From NCBI GenBank assembly GCA_050485685.1, contig JBJHBW010000001.1, positions 146,118-210,117 of the forward strand: a stretch of DNA of 64,000 nt. The letters run 5' to 3'. Shown one piece after another: positions 42,838 through 52,729 of the stretch. The notes below the pieces were generated by a model. The model was not told where the DNA came from. It saw only the letters and a list, made by a program, of their open reading frames with translations, and made no database searches. Both the position numbers and the translations under genes were made by a program. The stretch comes from Gammaproteobacteria bacterium. GTDB taxonomy: Bacteria > Pseudomonadota > Gammaproteobacteria > Steroidobacterales > Rariloculaceae. Position 1 is the stretch's first letter. Every line of letters begins with the position of its first letter.

Positions 42838-45459
42838 TCACAACCAGCGCATCAGTCCCAGCTCGTGTGGATGTGACAGCTGAGGATGAAGCGGCACGGC
42901 GCGAATCTCGAAACGAAGGCGCCCCGCCCAGGGCGGATCCAGTTCAAGACGATAACGAAACACGTCATCGTCGACCGCATGAAGTGCTTCGAACGGCGCC
43001 AGCATGACGGTTTCGTCACCGACATACGCCACGCCGTTGCGACTGCGCCGACTGTCGGCGTAACCCTTGATCGGCACTGTCAGGTCGGAGCTGAGTTCCT
43101 TGCGCAGCACGCACTCCACGCGCACATCTTCCGGCGCCAGCCCGTTCAGCGTGACGTCGACTTCAAGCACAGGACGCTCGTCGAACTCCACGCGGCGCGG
43201 CGCTGCCTGCACGCTCTTCAGTTGCACGCCGGGCCAGCGCCCGCGCACCTTGTGTTTCCACTCCGCCAGATCGCGTGCGGCGCGAAAATCACCCTCCGCC
43301 AGAACCCGGCCGTGTTTGGCCGCCGGGGCATAGAACAACCGTGCATAGTCGTGTATCACACGTTCGCTGTTGAAGTGCGGCAACACCGACGCCATGGAAT
43401 GCTTGCACACCGAAACCCATGCAGGCGAGTAGCCGAGCTTCTCATCACGGCCGTAATACAGAGGAACGACATCGTCCTGCAGTATCTCGTACAAGGTCAT
43501 CGCATCCTGGCGGTCGCGCTCGACGGCACCCTGATCATCCACCGACGGCGGTATGCCCCAGCCGTTGGTGCCGTCATACGCCTCGGCCCACCAGCCGTCC
43601 AGCACGCTCAGGTTCACCGTGCCGTTGATGGCCGCCTTCATGCCGGATGTGCCACTGGCCTCAAACGGATGCACTGGCGTGTTCAGCCAGACATCCACCC
43701 CGGATGTCAGCAGCCTGGAGATTCCCAGGTCATATCCTTCGAGCATCAGAATGCGGCCGAGAAACGGCGGTTGGCTGGAGATCCGGTGCAGCTCACGCAT
43801 CATGTGCTGCCCCGGCTCATCGGCCGGATGCGCCTTGCCGGCGAACACGAACACCACGGGTCGATCTTCATTCGCGACCAGCGACTCCAGCCACTGCAGA
43901 TCATTGAACAACAGCGTGGACCGTTTGTAGGTCGCGAAACGGCGGGCAAAACCGACTGTCAGCACATTCGGGTTATCAGGGTCTATGTAGCGGAGCACGC
44001 GCTGAATGTGTGCCTCGCTGAGCCGGTTACGGGCATGCTGACGTGCAAACAGCGTGCGCAACACTTCCAGCATCTGCGTCTTCACACGCTGGTTCGTATA
44101 CCAGAACCACTCATCCGGAATCTCCAGGATGCGTTCCACCAGTGTGCGATCCATCAACTGCTGCCGCCAGGACGGCCCGAGATATCGCGACAGCAGTTCC
44201 ACCCATGCCTGGCGCATGAAAGTGGGTACGTGAACGCCGTTGGTGACGTAACCCACCGGATTCTCCAGCGGCGGCACCTCCGGCCAGCTGTCAGCGCACA
44301 GCTCCGACGACACACGGCCGTGAATACGGCTCACGCCGTTCACCGCAGCGGCGCCGCGAATCGCGAGCCGGGTCATATTGAATTCTTCGCCGTTGCCGGC
44401 TACGCGGCCGAGATCCAGCAGTTCCGATTCACTGAGTCCGAGTTCCGACAGATACAGCGGAAACTGCCGGATGATCTCGTCAGCCGGAAAAACATCGTGG
44501 CCGGCCGATACGGGAGTGTGAGTCGTGAACACCGTGTTGGCGCGGCATGCTTCCAGTGCCGCACCGACAGGCAGGCCCGACAGCATCATCTCGCGCAGCC
44601 GCTCAAACACGATGAACGCGGCATGCCCCTCATTGATATGCCATACAGCCGGATCAAGTCCGGTTGCACGCAGGGCGCGAACACCACCAATACCGAGGAC
44701 TGCCTCCTGCAGCAGGCGGTGTGCACGGTCACCGCCATACAGTTGCGCGGTAATGGTTCTGTCCGGCTCGCTGTTCTCAGCCACATCGGTGTCCAGCAGC
44801 AGAATCGGCACCCGCCCTACATCCGCCCGCCAGATTCTCACCTGTACTGTGCGCTCGGCGATCGGAACCTCGACACGTATCTCCTTGCCGGACGCATCGT
44901 GCGCGATCACCAGCGGGGTGTACTCAGCCTCCACTTCCGGGTAAGTGGATATCTGGTTACCGTGCCTGTCGATCTGCTGCTTGAAGTAACCCTGGCCGTA
45001 CAGCAGGCCGACCGCAACGAACGGCAGCCGCATATCGCTCGCGGCCTTGCAATGGTCTCCGGCGAGCACACCAAGACCACCTGAATAGATCGGGAAACAC
45101 TCGTGGAAACCGTACTCGGCGCAGAAATAGGCGATCAGTTCATCGCTCTCCAGCCCCGCCGGTCTGTAACCCGCCGGCCGCTGCTCCAGGTAAGCATCGA
45201 ACTCGGTGAGCGCCTTGCGGTACGCGCTGATGAAACCTTCGTCCTCGGCGGCGCGTTCGAGTATGCCCTGATCCACGCAACGCAGAAACAGCGCGGGATT
45301 TCCGCCGATCCGGCGCCACAGGACCGGATCCAGCCGGTTCATCAGCTGCTGGATCTCAGGTTGCCAGCTGAACAGGAAGTTGGAGGTCAGATCGACAAGA
45401 CGATCCAGCGCTGCAGGCACACGCGGGCAGACCTGCAGCGAGTAAGTGGTTCTAGACAT
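42838..45459 (-). CDS. glgP: Alpha-glucan (maltodextrin/glycogen) phosphorylase, DUF3417-type
   Basis: PLP-lysine motif EASGTSGMKAAINGT, with an N-terminal domain typical of the long bacterial alpha-glucan phosphorylases. The ATG at 45459 is preceded by AAGGA; an alternative ATG lies at 45465. Confidence 0.9.
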   Translation of the reverse strand: MSRTTYSLQVCPRVPAALDRLVDLTSNFLFSWQPEIQQLMNRLDPVLWRRIGGNPALFLRCVDQGILERAAEDEGFISAYRKALTEFDAYLEQRPAGYRPAGLESDELIAYFCAEYGFHECFPIYSGGLGVLAGDHCKAASDMRLPFVAVGLLYGQGYFKQQIDRHGNQISTYPEVEAEYTPLVIAHDASGKEIRVEVPIAERTVQVRIWRADVGRVPILLLDTDVAENSEPDRTITAQLYGGDRAHRLLQEAVLGIGGVRALRATGLDPAVWHINEGHAAFIVFERLREMMLSGLPVGAALEACRANTVFTTHTPVSAGHDVFPADEIIRQFPLYLSELGLSESELLDLGRVAGNGEEFNMTRLAIRGAAAVNGVSRIHGRVSSELCADSWPEVPPLENPVGYVTNGVHVPTFMRQAWVELLSRYLGPSWRQQLMDRTLVERILEIPDEWFWYTNQRVKTQMLEVLRTLFARQHARNRLSEAHIQRVLRYIDPDNPNVLTVGFARRFATYKRSTLLFNDLQWLESLVANEDRPVVFVFAGKAHPADEPGQHMMRELHRISSQPPFLGRILMLEGYDLGISRLLTSGVDVWLNTPVHPFEASGTSGMKAAINGTVNLSVLDGWWAEAYDGTNGWGIPPSVDDQGAVERDRQDAMTLYEILQDDVVPLYYGRDEKLGYSPAWVSVCKHSMASVLPHFNSERVIHDYARLFYAPAAKHGRVLAEGDFRAARDLAEWKHKVRGRWPGVQLKSVQAAPRRVEFDERPVLEVDVTLNGLAPEDVRVECVLRKELSSDLTVPIKGYADSRRSRNGVAYVGDETVMLAPFEALHAVDDDVFRYRLELDPPWAGRLRFEIRAVPLHPQLSHPHELGLMRWL

Positions 45460-45614
45460 GGGCATCCTTACCCTCAAACATCGGCTGATTATCCCCCCCC
45501 CGCCGTGACAGGGGCAACGGCACAGCACACATTAGCCGTAAGCTGCTCCGATTCACGCCGCAGAGGCGCCGGCGGGACAGAAGCCACATTCCGGGCTACT
45601 GCCCTGCACACCTG

Positions 45615-48600
45615 TCAGTCGCGTTCCACGGTGTAGAGCAGGTCCATGGATTTGTGCTCAGCCGAGCGGGTCTCCAGACTCAGCCGGTCACTCAACCGGA
45701 ATCTCAGCAACAGACCACCTATGCCGTTGAAGAGACCGTAGGTGTAGCGCAGATAGACGTTCGAGCTCAGGTACTTGCCAGCCATCAGGGCGCCGGCATC
45801 CATATCGGTGGCCTGCACCGAGAATTCATCGAATCCGATCGCCTCACCGATACGCTGAAATACTGGCAGAGCCTGCTGCAGGCCCATCGCCAGCGCAGCA
45901 CTTTGCAGGGTTGCCGTTTCCTCGCCCCTGGCCCCGGTCATGGGACGGCCGAACAGCATGTAGGCAAGCGCATCAGCCTCGCTCATCGCCGGGCTGGATA
46001 TGATTCGCGTATCCGGCGACTGCAGCCGGCCGGTCAGCTGAACGCCGACCATGGTTTCGTTGATCTGGCGCACTGCTCGCACATCGAGTGCGGGATCGTT
46101 CAGGGGACCGGAGAAAATGAGCTCGCCACGCTCGAGATCGAGAAACTGTCCATAGGCGTTGTAAGTGCCATCCATGGTCAAAGCGCCGGACGCGTTGAGC
46201 GGACGACCGGACTGATAAAGCAGGCGCAGGTCGCCGGTCACCTGAGTATCGAGGTTCATGCCCGTGTAACGCACATCCTCGCCCAGCGTCACACGAAGAT
46301 CGCCGCGCATCTGCAGCGGGCGCACCGCCTCCATCGGCTGCTCACCATGCACGACCGTATCGGCAGACGGCGCCACGGCCTGAGGCGGCAGTTCCTGCAA
46401 CGTGACGCGCGCCCGCGGCACATGCACCGTGCCGCTGACATCAATCTCCGGGAGCCGCACATTCGCTGTCAGTTCAGGCGATACGTAAACCTGCACTTCC
46501 GGCAGCTGCACGGCCGGAACGCTTTCTCCGCGCAAAGTGAGGCGGGTCGGGAAACTGGCCCGGTAGTCCAGTTCCGTGGTGCCGTTGACGCTGACCTCCC
46601 TGTCACCAATCAGGCCGGTGGCATCGAAACTCAGCGTACTTCCGTCGGCACTGAGTGCCGACGCCGTGATGTCGCTGACCATCAGACCCAGCGCCGGCAC
46701 CCCCAGCGCGCCACCGCTGAGCTCCGCCCGACCGGTCACGTCGGGTGAGTCCGCGCGTCCGCTGGCGGCCAATTGCACGGACAGCGTGCCTGCCACATCG
46801 GTCACATCGGGACTGAGCAGCGCGAGGAACGACAGATCCGGCCACAGCACATCGATCTGCATATCAACAAGTGGATCGGGTGCACGCACGTCATCCGCGT
46901 CCAGCCTGATATTCACGACACCGGTATCGGACCCGATGAAACCGGCGCGAAGCCGCAATGCGTTCTCGCTCAGTACCGCGTCCACGTTCACGCCTTCTAT
47001 GCTGGATGCAAACACCGGCTGACCGGACAAGGTGATGTCGAACGAGGTGACATCGGAGAGTACCGAGAGCTCGCCCTGCAGCGTGTCACCACGTCCGGTC
47101 AGGTTCAGTGACGCGTTGTAGATGCCTTCGACGACAAAGCCCTGCGGCAGAAACGGAGACAGCAGGCGCGCGTCAACCGACGCGGCCGACAGCTGAAGGC
47201 GATCGCCATCGTCGCCTTCCAGCAGTACATTGGCACACAGCGAGGCCGAGGCCTGGCTCAGACACACCGGCTCCAGTCGAAACCGATCCCGCCCCAGAAC
47301 CAGTGCGGCCGGCTGCTGCTGACGCCATTGGCCCAGTTGCGCCTGATCGATGACCAGCGAATCGACCCGCCCGTCCCAGACCGCATCAGCCAGCGCGCCG
47401 GAGGCAACCGCTTCGGCCGACCAGTCGTCGGCATGCGCGCTCAGCACCAGCTGGTGTGCATTGCCGGTGCCACTGACGCGCAGCGTGGCTTCCGCGAGGT
47501 CCGCAGTCCGGTAGCTGAGCCCCTGCCCGTTCAGCGACAGCTCGACGGAAGGCACGGCACCTCCGTCAACGGAACTCACCGCAACCAGGCGTTCGGCACT
47601 GAACTCCCGGTAACGCAATGCTTCCGCCACCAGCGTGCCCTGCGCCTGAAGGTCATTACGCGGGCCAAAAATCTGCAGTTCACCGCTGACCGCGCCGCGC
47701 AGTTCAGGCCACAGTGTTGAGAACTCCTCAACCTCCGCGACAAGTTCCAGCGTCACCTGATCCGCATACACTCCGTTGAGCATCAGCGTATTGTCATCTG
47801 ATTGCACGCGCAGGGAATCCAGCTCCCAGACATCGGGGCGATGCCGTATGCCGCCCTGCACCGTGAACGGATAGCCGCGCAGCTGCCCGTCGAGGTCCAC
47901 ATCTTCCAGGGACCATTCAGGCTCGGGAACCAGCTGACCGCTGCTGCGGCCCGCAGCCTGTAATCTGCCCGGCCATTCCGGGAACCGGAAAGACGGATCA
48001 AGCGCTTCGACGGCGAATGTCACATCCCAGCCGAGTGACGCGACCGTCACTTCTCCCGCCAGCGACACATTGCCCGACGAGCCGGAAGCGGCCAGTTCGT
48101 CCAGCGTGATGACATCCGGTGTACCTGTCCCGCTGAGCCTGACGCTCACGGGCTCTCCATCCAGCACCAGATCCGCTGCGCCGTCGAACCGCAGCGAAGG
48201 CCAGGCGCCTGAGATCGTCAATCCTCCCGCCGGACTGCTCACCCACTCATAGCCGTCAATGGCAATATCGGTCCAGTTGACTTCCACCGTGCCGGCGGGA
48301 CCTTCATCCAGTGACAGCTCGCCTTCCAGCAGAATATCGAATGGCTGTGCGAGACTGTGCCAGACATGAAGATCCGGCCAGGTTCCGGTCACCAGCCCCT
48401 GACCGGCCCACTCCAGGCCGTCGAACTCTCCGGACCAGGCAAGCTCGGCCGCGAGAATGAGCGTATCAGTCAGGCTCAGTTCACCGGCCCCGCTCACCTG
48501 CAGCCCTTCGGCTTCGGTCGCGAACCCGGTGATGGTCAGGGTATCGCCGACGAGGTCGGCGCCGAAGCGCGTGTCGGCTGCGGCCCAGGATTGCTCGTCC

Positions 48601-49067
48601 ACGGTCACACTGACGACCTCTACCCGGGCCTCGCTGACATGTATGCTGACCGGAAGCCGCCTGGACATTGTCCTGCCGACGGCATCGGCGGATGGCGATG
48701 CATCCGCTACAGCCTGATCGGCCACCGTTGCACCGCCGGACCTGTAACTGAATTCAGCCGCACTCAGTGACTGAACTTCCAGGCGGCGCTCCCGCAGCGC
48801 TCGCAAGGTGATCACCACGCCAAGTTCGCGCGCGCGGACCTCGTGTCCGGGAAGATCCACGACCAGCGTCTGAATCGTGAATCCATGCCAGAGGGTGCCC
48901 TGCACCCCGTTGATCGACAGCGCGGCGCCGGCCCGCTCATCGACCTGAGATGCCAGCCAGACCGCACCTCTCTCGGTGCCCACCAGCCAGACCAGAGCCG
49001 CCACGACCGCCGATGCCGCCATCAGCAGCGTCGCCAACGACACCAGCAGCCACTTCCACCCGTTCAC
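45615..49067 (-). CDS. tamB: Translocation and assembly module subunit TamB
   Basis: 1150 aa with an N-terminal signal-anchor (WKWLLVSLATLLMAASAVVAALVWLV), a long beta-rich body and a DUF490-like C-terminus (GKYLSSNVYLRYTYGLF...LSLETRS). The start overlaps the tamA stop. Confidence 0.85.
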   Translation of the reverse strand: MNGWKWLLVSLATLLMAASAVVAALVWLVGTERGAVWLASQVDERAGAALSINGVQGTLWHGFTIQTLVVDLPGHEVRARELGVVITLRALRERRLEVQSLSAAEFSYRSGGATVADQAVADASPSADAVGRTMSRRLPVSIHVSEARVEVVSVTVDEQSWAAADTRFGADLVGDTLTITGFATEAEGLQVSGAGELSLTDTLILAAELAWSGEFDGLEWAGQGLVTGTWPDLHVWHSLAQPFDILLEGELSLDEGPAGTVEVNWTDIAIDGYEWVSSPAGGLTISGAWPSLRFDGAADLVLDGEPVSVRLSGTGTPDVITLDELAASGSSGNVSLAGEVTVASLGWDVTFAVEALDPSFRFPEWPGRLQAAGRSSGQLVPEPEWSLEDVDLDGQLRGYPFTVQGGIRHRPDVWELDSLRVQSDDNTLMLNGVYADQVTLELVAEVEEFSTLWPELRGAVSGELQIFGPRNDLQAQGTLVAEALRYREFSAERLVAVSSVDGGAVPSVELSLNGQGLSYRTADLAEATLRVSGTGNAHQLVLSAHADDWSAEAVASGALADAVWDGRVDSLVIDQAQLGQWRQQQPAALVLGRDRFRLEPVCLSQASASLCANVLLEGDDGDRLQLSAASVDARLLSPFLPQGFVVEGIYNASLNLTGRGDTLQGELSVLSDVTSFDITLSGQPVFASSIEGVNVDAVLSENALRLRAGFIGSDTGVVNIRLDADDVRAPDPLVDMQIDVLWPDLSFLALLSPDVTDVAGTLSVQLAASGRADSPDVTGRAELSGGALGVPALGLMVSDITASALSADGSTLSFDATGLIGDREVSVNGTTELDYRASFPTRLTLRGESVPAVQLPEVQVYVSPELTANVRLPEIDVSGTVHVPRARVTLQELPPQAVAPSADTVVHGEQPMEAVRPLQMRGDLRVTLGEDVRYTGMNLDTQVTGDLRLLYQSGRPLNASGALTMDGTYNAYGQFLDLERGELIFSGPLNDPALDVRAVRQINETMVGVQLTGRLQSPDTRIISSPAMSEADALAYMLFGRPMTGARGEETATLQSAALAMGLQQALPVFQRIGEAIGFDEFSVQATDMDAGALMAGKYLSSNVYLRYTYGLFNGIGGLLLRFRLSDRLSLETRSAEHKSMDLLYTVERD

Positions 49068-50818
49068 AGGTCCGGCCCCAATGTAATGTGCCAGCGGTAA
49101 CGCGTGTCACGATCATCCAGGGGACTGGCAACGTCGATCCTCACCGGGCCTATCGGGGACTGCCAGCGCAGACCCAGTCCCGCGCCTGTCCTCGGTCGGA
49201 AATCAGCGCCGCGGAATGCGTTGCCCGAATCCACGAATGTCGCAAAAGACCACCGCCCGCGAAGCGGGTGCTCATACTCCATGCTGCCGACCAGCAGACC
49301 GCTGCCGCCGACAATTTCACCGTGTTCGTTAGATGGTCCCAGTGAGTCGTAACGGTATCCGCGTACACTGGTGTCACCGCCGGTGAAGAAGCGCACCGAC
49401 GGCGGCAGGTCATCGAGGGCATCCTTCCATGTCAGTCCAAGGCTGCCTCGTATCAGCACCCTCGCACCGGACGGCAGGGAACGCACCCACTTTCCCCGCA
49501 GTATGCCCTGAAGAAAGCTGGTGTCCGACCCGAAGGAATCAGCCGCGCCCCGCACCTCGAAGTCCAGGCGGGAACCGTTTGTGGGCCTCAGCGTGTCATC
49601 ACCACGCAGTCGGAACCACTCCATCGCCGGCATCAGCAACCGCGAACTGCCGGACTGTTCGCCCACCTCGAAATCTTCAAACAACAGACTCACGCGCTGG
49701 GTCCGTGTCCAGCTGCGGCGCACTTCCACAACCCGGCGCGCTCCGAACTGCAGGCTGTCGGCTACGGATGTATCGGTACGCTCATGGCGCACGCCACCGT
49801 CGAAACTGACCCACTCGGTGCGCGGATCACCGAAAGGAAATCGGTAATTGACGATGACATCCGTCGTTACCGGAGAAAGCTGCGAGGTCAGGCCAAACTG
49901 GTGACCACGATCGTTGTAGCGGCGATTGTCGCGACCGAAACGCAGGCGCGGTCCTGTATCGGTGGAATAGCCGAGTCCGTACGAAATGAGACGCGGCCGC
50001 GACGGCGTCAATGTGATGACGATGGGGATGCTGGTCGTGTCAGGATCAGGTGACTGGGGGCGAACATCAACGGTATCGAAATAGCCTGACTCCAGCAGCT
50101 CTATGTATAAAGCGGCAATCTGACGCTGGTCGAAGAAGTCGCCTTCCACGAAACCCATGTAGGAAATCACCAGGCTGTCCCGCAGCACGTCCTGGTCCAG
50201 CGTGATGTGCCCGAACGTATAGCGCGGTCCGGAATCGAAATGCAGCGTGATGTCAGCGGCCAGCTGCTCAGGATGCACATCGATGCGTTGCACCGTAAAG
50301 CGTGCGTTCACGTAACCGCGCTCATCTGCGATCGAAAGCAGGCGGTTCTTGAGCTGCTCGTAATGTCCATGATGCAGCGGCAAACCCGGCTGCAACGGCG
50401 AGGTGCGCACGGCATTCACGAACAGCAGTTCCTGTTCGGCTTCCTCCGTGAGCTGTATGTCCAGCTCGCGTACTGTCACCGGAGCACCAGGATCGATGAC
50501 GAACTCCGCACGCCAGCAGGGTTCGTCGAACTCAAGCGAAGACTCTATGTGCACACGGTAGTGACCCAGCGCCTCCAGCGCCGAGCGGATCTGCCGGGGG
50601 GCCACCTGATAGCGCTGCGTCACCCGCCAAGGTGCAGCGCTGCAGGTTTCCCGACCCAGATCCAGGTACAGGCGAACGTTCTCCAGAAGTTCGCCATCGA
50701 GACCGCTGATGGTGACCTGCGCCCGCACCGGGGCAGCCGCAAACAGCAGGCAGCAGAGCGCCACAGCTGCCATCCATGGCAGGCCGGTGCGGCGCAGAAT
50801 CTGACTGAACTGGTGCAT
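49064..50818 (-). CDS. tamA: Outer-membrane assembly factor TamA (Omp85 family)
   Basis: Signal peptide MHQFSQILRRTGLPWMAAVALCCLLFAAAPVRAQ, then POTRA-like repeats and an Omp85 beta-barrel ending in ...WHITLGPDL. Confidence 0.85.
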   Translation of the reverse strand: MHQFSQILRRTGLPWMAAVALCCLLFAAAPVRAQVTISGLDGELLENVRLYLDLGRETCSAAPWRVTQRYQVAPRQIRSALEALGHYRVHIESSLEFDEPCWRAEFVIDPGAPVTVRELDIQLTEEAEQELLFVNAVRTSPLQPGLPLHHGHYEQLKNRLLSIADERGYVNARFTVQRIDVHPEQLAADITLHFDSGPRYTFGHITLDQDVLRDSLVISYMGFVEGDFFDQRQIAALYIELLESGYFDTVDVRPQSPDPDTTSIPIVITLTPSRPRLISYGLGYSTDTGPRLRFGRDNRRYNDRGHQFGLTSQLSPVTTDVIVNYRFPFGDPRTEWVSFDGGVRHERTDTSVADSLQFGARRVVEVRRSWTRTQRVSLLFEDFEVGEQSGSSRLLMPAMEWFRLRGDDTLRPTNGSRLDFEVRGAADSFGSDTSFLQGILRGKWVRSLPSGARVLIRGSLGLTWKDALDDLPPSVRFFTGGDTSVRGYRYDSLGPSNEHGEIVGGSGLLVGSMEYEHPLRGRWSFATFVDSGNAFRGADFRPRTGAGLGLRWQSPIGPVRIDVASPLDDRDTRYRWHITLGPDL

Positions 50819-50950
50819 CCCTGACGGTGTTCCTGAGCGCTGTGGCGCATCCGGGACCCCCGTCGCGCCGTCACTCGATCGTAGCAGCCTGTTCGATAAG
50901 ACCGTCAACCGGTGTATCCGTTGCAGGGACGACGCCGAGCGCTGAGGCAG

Positions 50951-51808
50951 CTAGGCGGACTCCCCGTCCGTTCCTGCGTCGCTACGGTCCACGACAGTGA
51001 CCGGAAACGGCGTGTCGGAAGACCCCGCAAACAGTGTGCGGTGCGGGAACGGAATTTCGATGCCGGCTTCGTCGAAGGCGGCCTTGATACGCTCCGGCAG
51101 ACGATTGCGAAGCTCGAGGAAGTTCGCGCGGGTGGACCAGGCCGAAAGCTGCAGATTCACGGACGAATCACCGAAACTCTGGAAAATGACAATGGGCTTC
51201 GGCTGGTTCAGGCACAACTCGTACTGATCGGCAACGTCCAGCAGCAGCTTGTGCACCCTGCCTATGTTTTCCTTGTATGCCACGCCCACCTGCAGATCAA
51301 CGCGCCGGATCGGGAAGCGGGTCATGTTCGTGATCTCGCTCTTGATCAGCATCTCGTTCGGTATGCGCACGAAAAGATTTTCGAACGTGCGCAATTTCAC
51401 CGACAGCAGGTCGATGGACAGGACCTCGCCGGTGGTCTGCCCGACCCGTATGACATCACCGAGCACGAACGGTTTCTCGGCGACCAGAAACAGCCCGCTG
51501 ACGAGATTGGAGGCGGATGTCTGGGAAGCGAATCCCAGCGCGATCGTCAGCACACCGGCTGCACCAAGCAGCACCCCGAGGCCGAAGCCGAGTTCACGCA
51601 GCGCAGCCATGATCACGACCGCGCTCAGGACATAGAGTGCGAAGCGGCGCACAGTAGTGGCGGTGTGCGGCCCCATGGGACCGATCACGATGTGCGAGAG
51701 ACCTCGCGCGAGCAGCCGGGCGACCACCAGACCCACAACCAGAATGACCACGGCCCGCACCCAGGCAGCGATATCGACGGTGGCCAGCAATTCCATGAAC
51801 TGTTCCAT
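50951..51808 (-). CDS. MscS-family mechanosensitive channel
   Basis: Three N-terminal TM segments followed by the MscS beta-domain motif FVLGDVIRVGQTTGEVLSIDLLSVKLRTFEN. Confidence 0.85.
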   Translation of the reverse strand: MEQFMELLATVDIAAWVRAVVILVVGLVVARLLARGLSHIVIGPMGPHTATTVRRFALYVLSAVVIMAALRELGFGLGVLLGAAGVLTIALGFASQTSASNLVSGLFLVAEKPFVLGDVIRVGQTTGEVLSIDLLSVKLRTFENLFVRIPNEMLIKSEITNMTRFPIRRVDLQVGVAYKENIGRVHKLLLDVADQYELCLNQPKPIVIFQSFGDSSVNLQLSAWSTRANFLELRNRLPERIKAAFDEAGIEIPFPHRTLFAGSSDTPFPVTVVDRSDAGTDGESA

Positions 51809-52587
51809 CAGCGCAGCAACCGGCTGAAAGCCTGGACTATGGTACCCGGCTCAATGGGCGCCCGCGGCGGTGCCAGCTGCGTGCGCGAATCCGGCAGATG
51901 CGCGCTGGCCTTCGGAATGGTCAGTGCCGCCTGGCTGTCATGGTGTTCGCGAACGAACAGCACCGGGTCGGTAAAGAGGAGATTGCGCTCATCATGGTGC
52001 AAAGCAAGCGCCGGCAGAGGCACTCGCAGCTGCTCAACCTGCAGCGTGTCCGAACCATGATTGCGGATCTCGATCGGGGTAGCCACGCGATGCGGCATGA
52101 ACGACAACGCGGAACGGTCGGTTCTCGCGCTGGTGCGGCTTGCGTAGCACAGCTCGCCCTCCAGCGTGTTCGGCCCGAACCAGGTATCAGACGGCCGCTG
52201 CGCCGGCACCTCGATCAGCGTGATACCGTCGTCAGTGATGGCCGCAACCCGGATCACCGTCGTCACGAACAGCACCACCTGCTGGCCGGCCAGCACAAAC
52301 AGCGGCCGCTCCGGCTGCACGACCATCGCCCGATCGGGCAGGCGCGGCGAAAGCTTTATTCGGCCTGAATCATTGCCGGTCACATAGCGTGAGGCGGTGT
52401 AGATCTCCGGGTCGGGCTCATAGTCCACGCAGGTCTCGATTTCCAGCGTCGCTTCCAGCGCATCGCCGACCGTCTTGGACGCGAACAGCCATTCGCGGCC
52501 ACGCGGCTGGGCATAGAATTCCAGCGGCCCTATGCGCCATCGTGCCCAGCGCCGCTGCGTCAGCTGATAGTCGTCCCACCACTTCAT
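51808..52587 (-). CDS. Hypothetical soluble protein, translationally coupled to the MscS gene
   Basis: The ATG at 52587 (MKWWDDYQLTQRRW) was chosen because the upstream part of the track ORF is low-complexity. The stop overlaps the MscS ATG by 1 nt (shared base 51808). I do not recognise the family confidently. Confidence 0.55.
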   Translation of the reverse strand: MKWWDDYQLTQRRWARWRIGPLEFYAQPRGREWLFASKTVGDALEATLEIETCVDYEPDPEIYTASRYVTGNDSGRIKLSPRLPDRAMVVQPERPLFVLAGQQVVLFVTTVIRVAAITDDGITLIEVPAQRPSDTWFGPNTLEGELCYASRTSARTDRSALSFMPHRVATPIEIRNHGSDTLQVEQLRVPLPALALHHDERNLLFTDPVLFVREHHDSQAALTIPKASAHLPDSRTQLAPPRAPIEPGTIVQAFSRLLR

Positions 52588-52656
52588 CACGGCGACAATG
52601 CTAACCCAAGGAAGCCATGTTCGTGCATGGTCCGTGACTGACCCGCCGCACCTGTC

Positions 52657-52685
52657 CTTGAAATGGCTGCCGACAGGCCCCACAA
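52657..52685 (+). promoter_or_regulatory. Sigma-32 (RpoH) heat-shock promoter candidate for the Hsp20 pair
   Basis: CCTTGAAA at 52655-52663, a 14-nt spacer, then CCCCACAA at 52678-52685. This compares with the E. coli sigma-32 consensus CTTGAAA-N13-15-CCCCATNT. It lies 45 nt upstream of the hsp20 ATG. Confidence 0.55.
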
Positions 52686-52729
52686 ATCGTGCAGGCAAAT
52701 TCGCATGAACGACGATGGAGGTAGCCACC

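Noticed and set aside
42886-45084. 732-aa ORF on the + strand opposite glgP
   Set aside because: It is a shadow ORF of the alpha-glucan phosphorylase gene. The sequence is Arg/His/Gln-rich and low in information, with no Shine-Dalgarno and no family resemblance.
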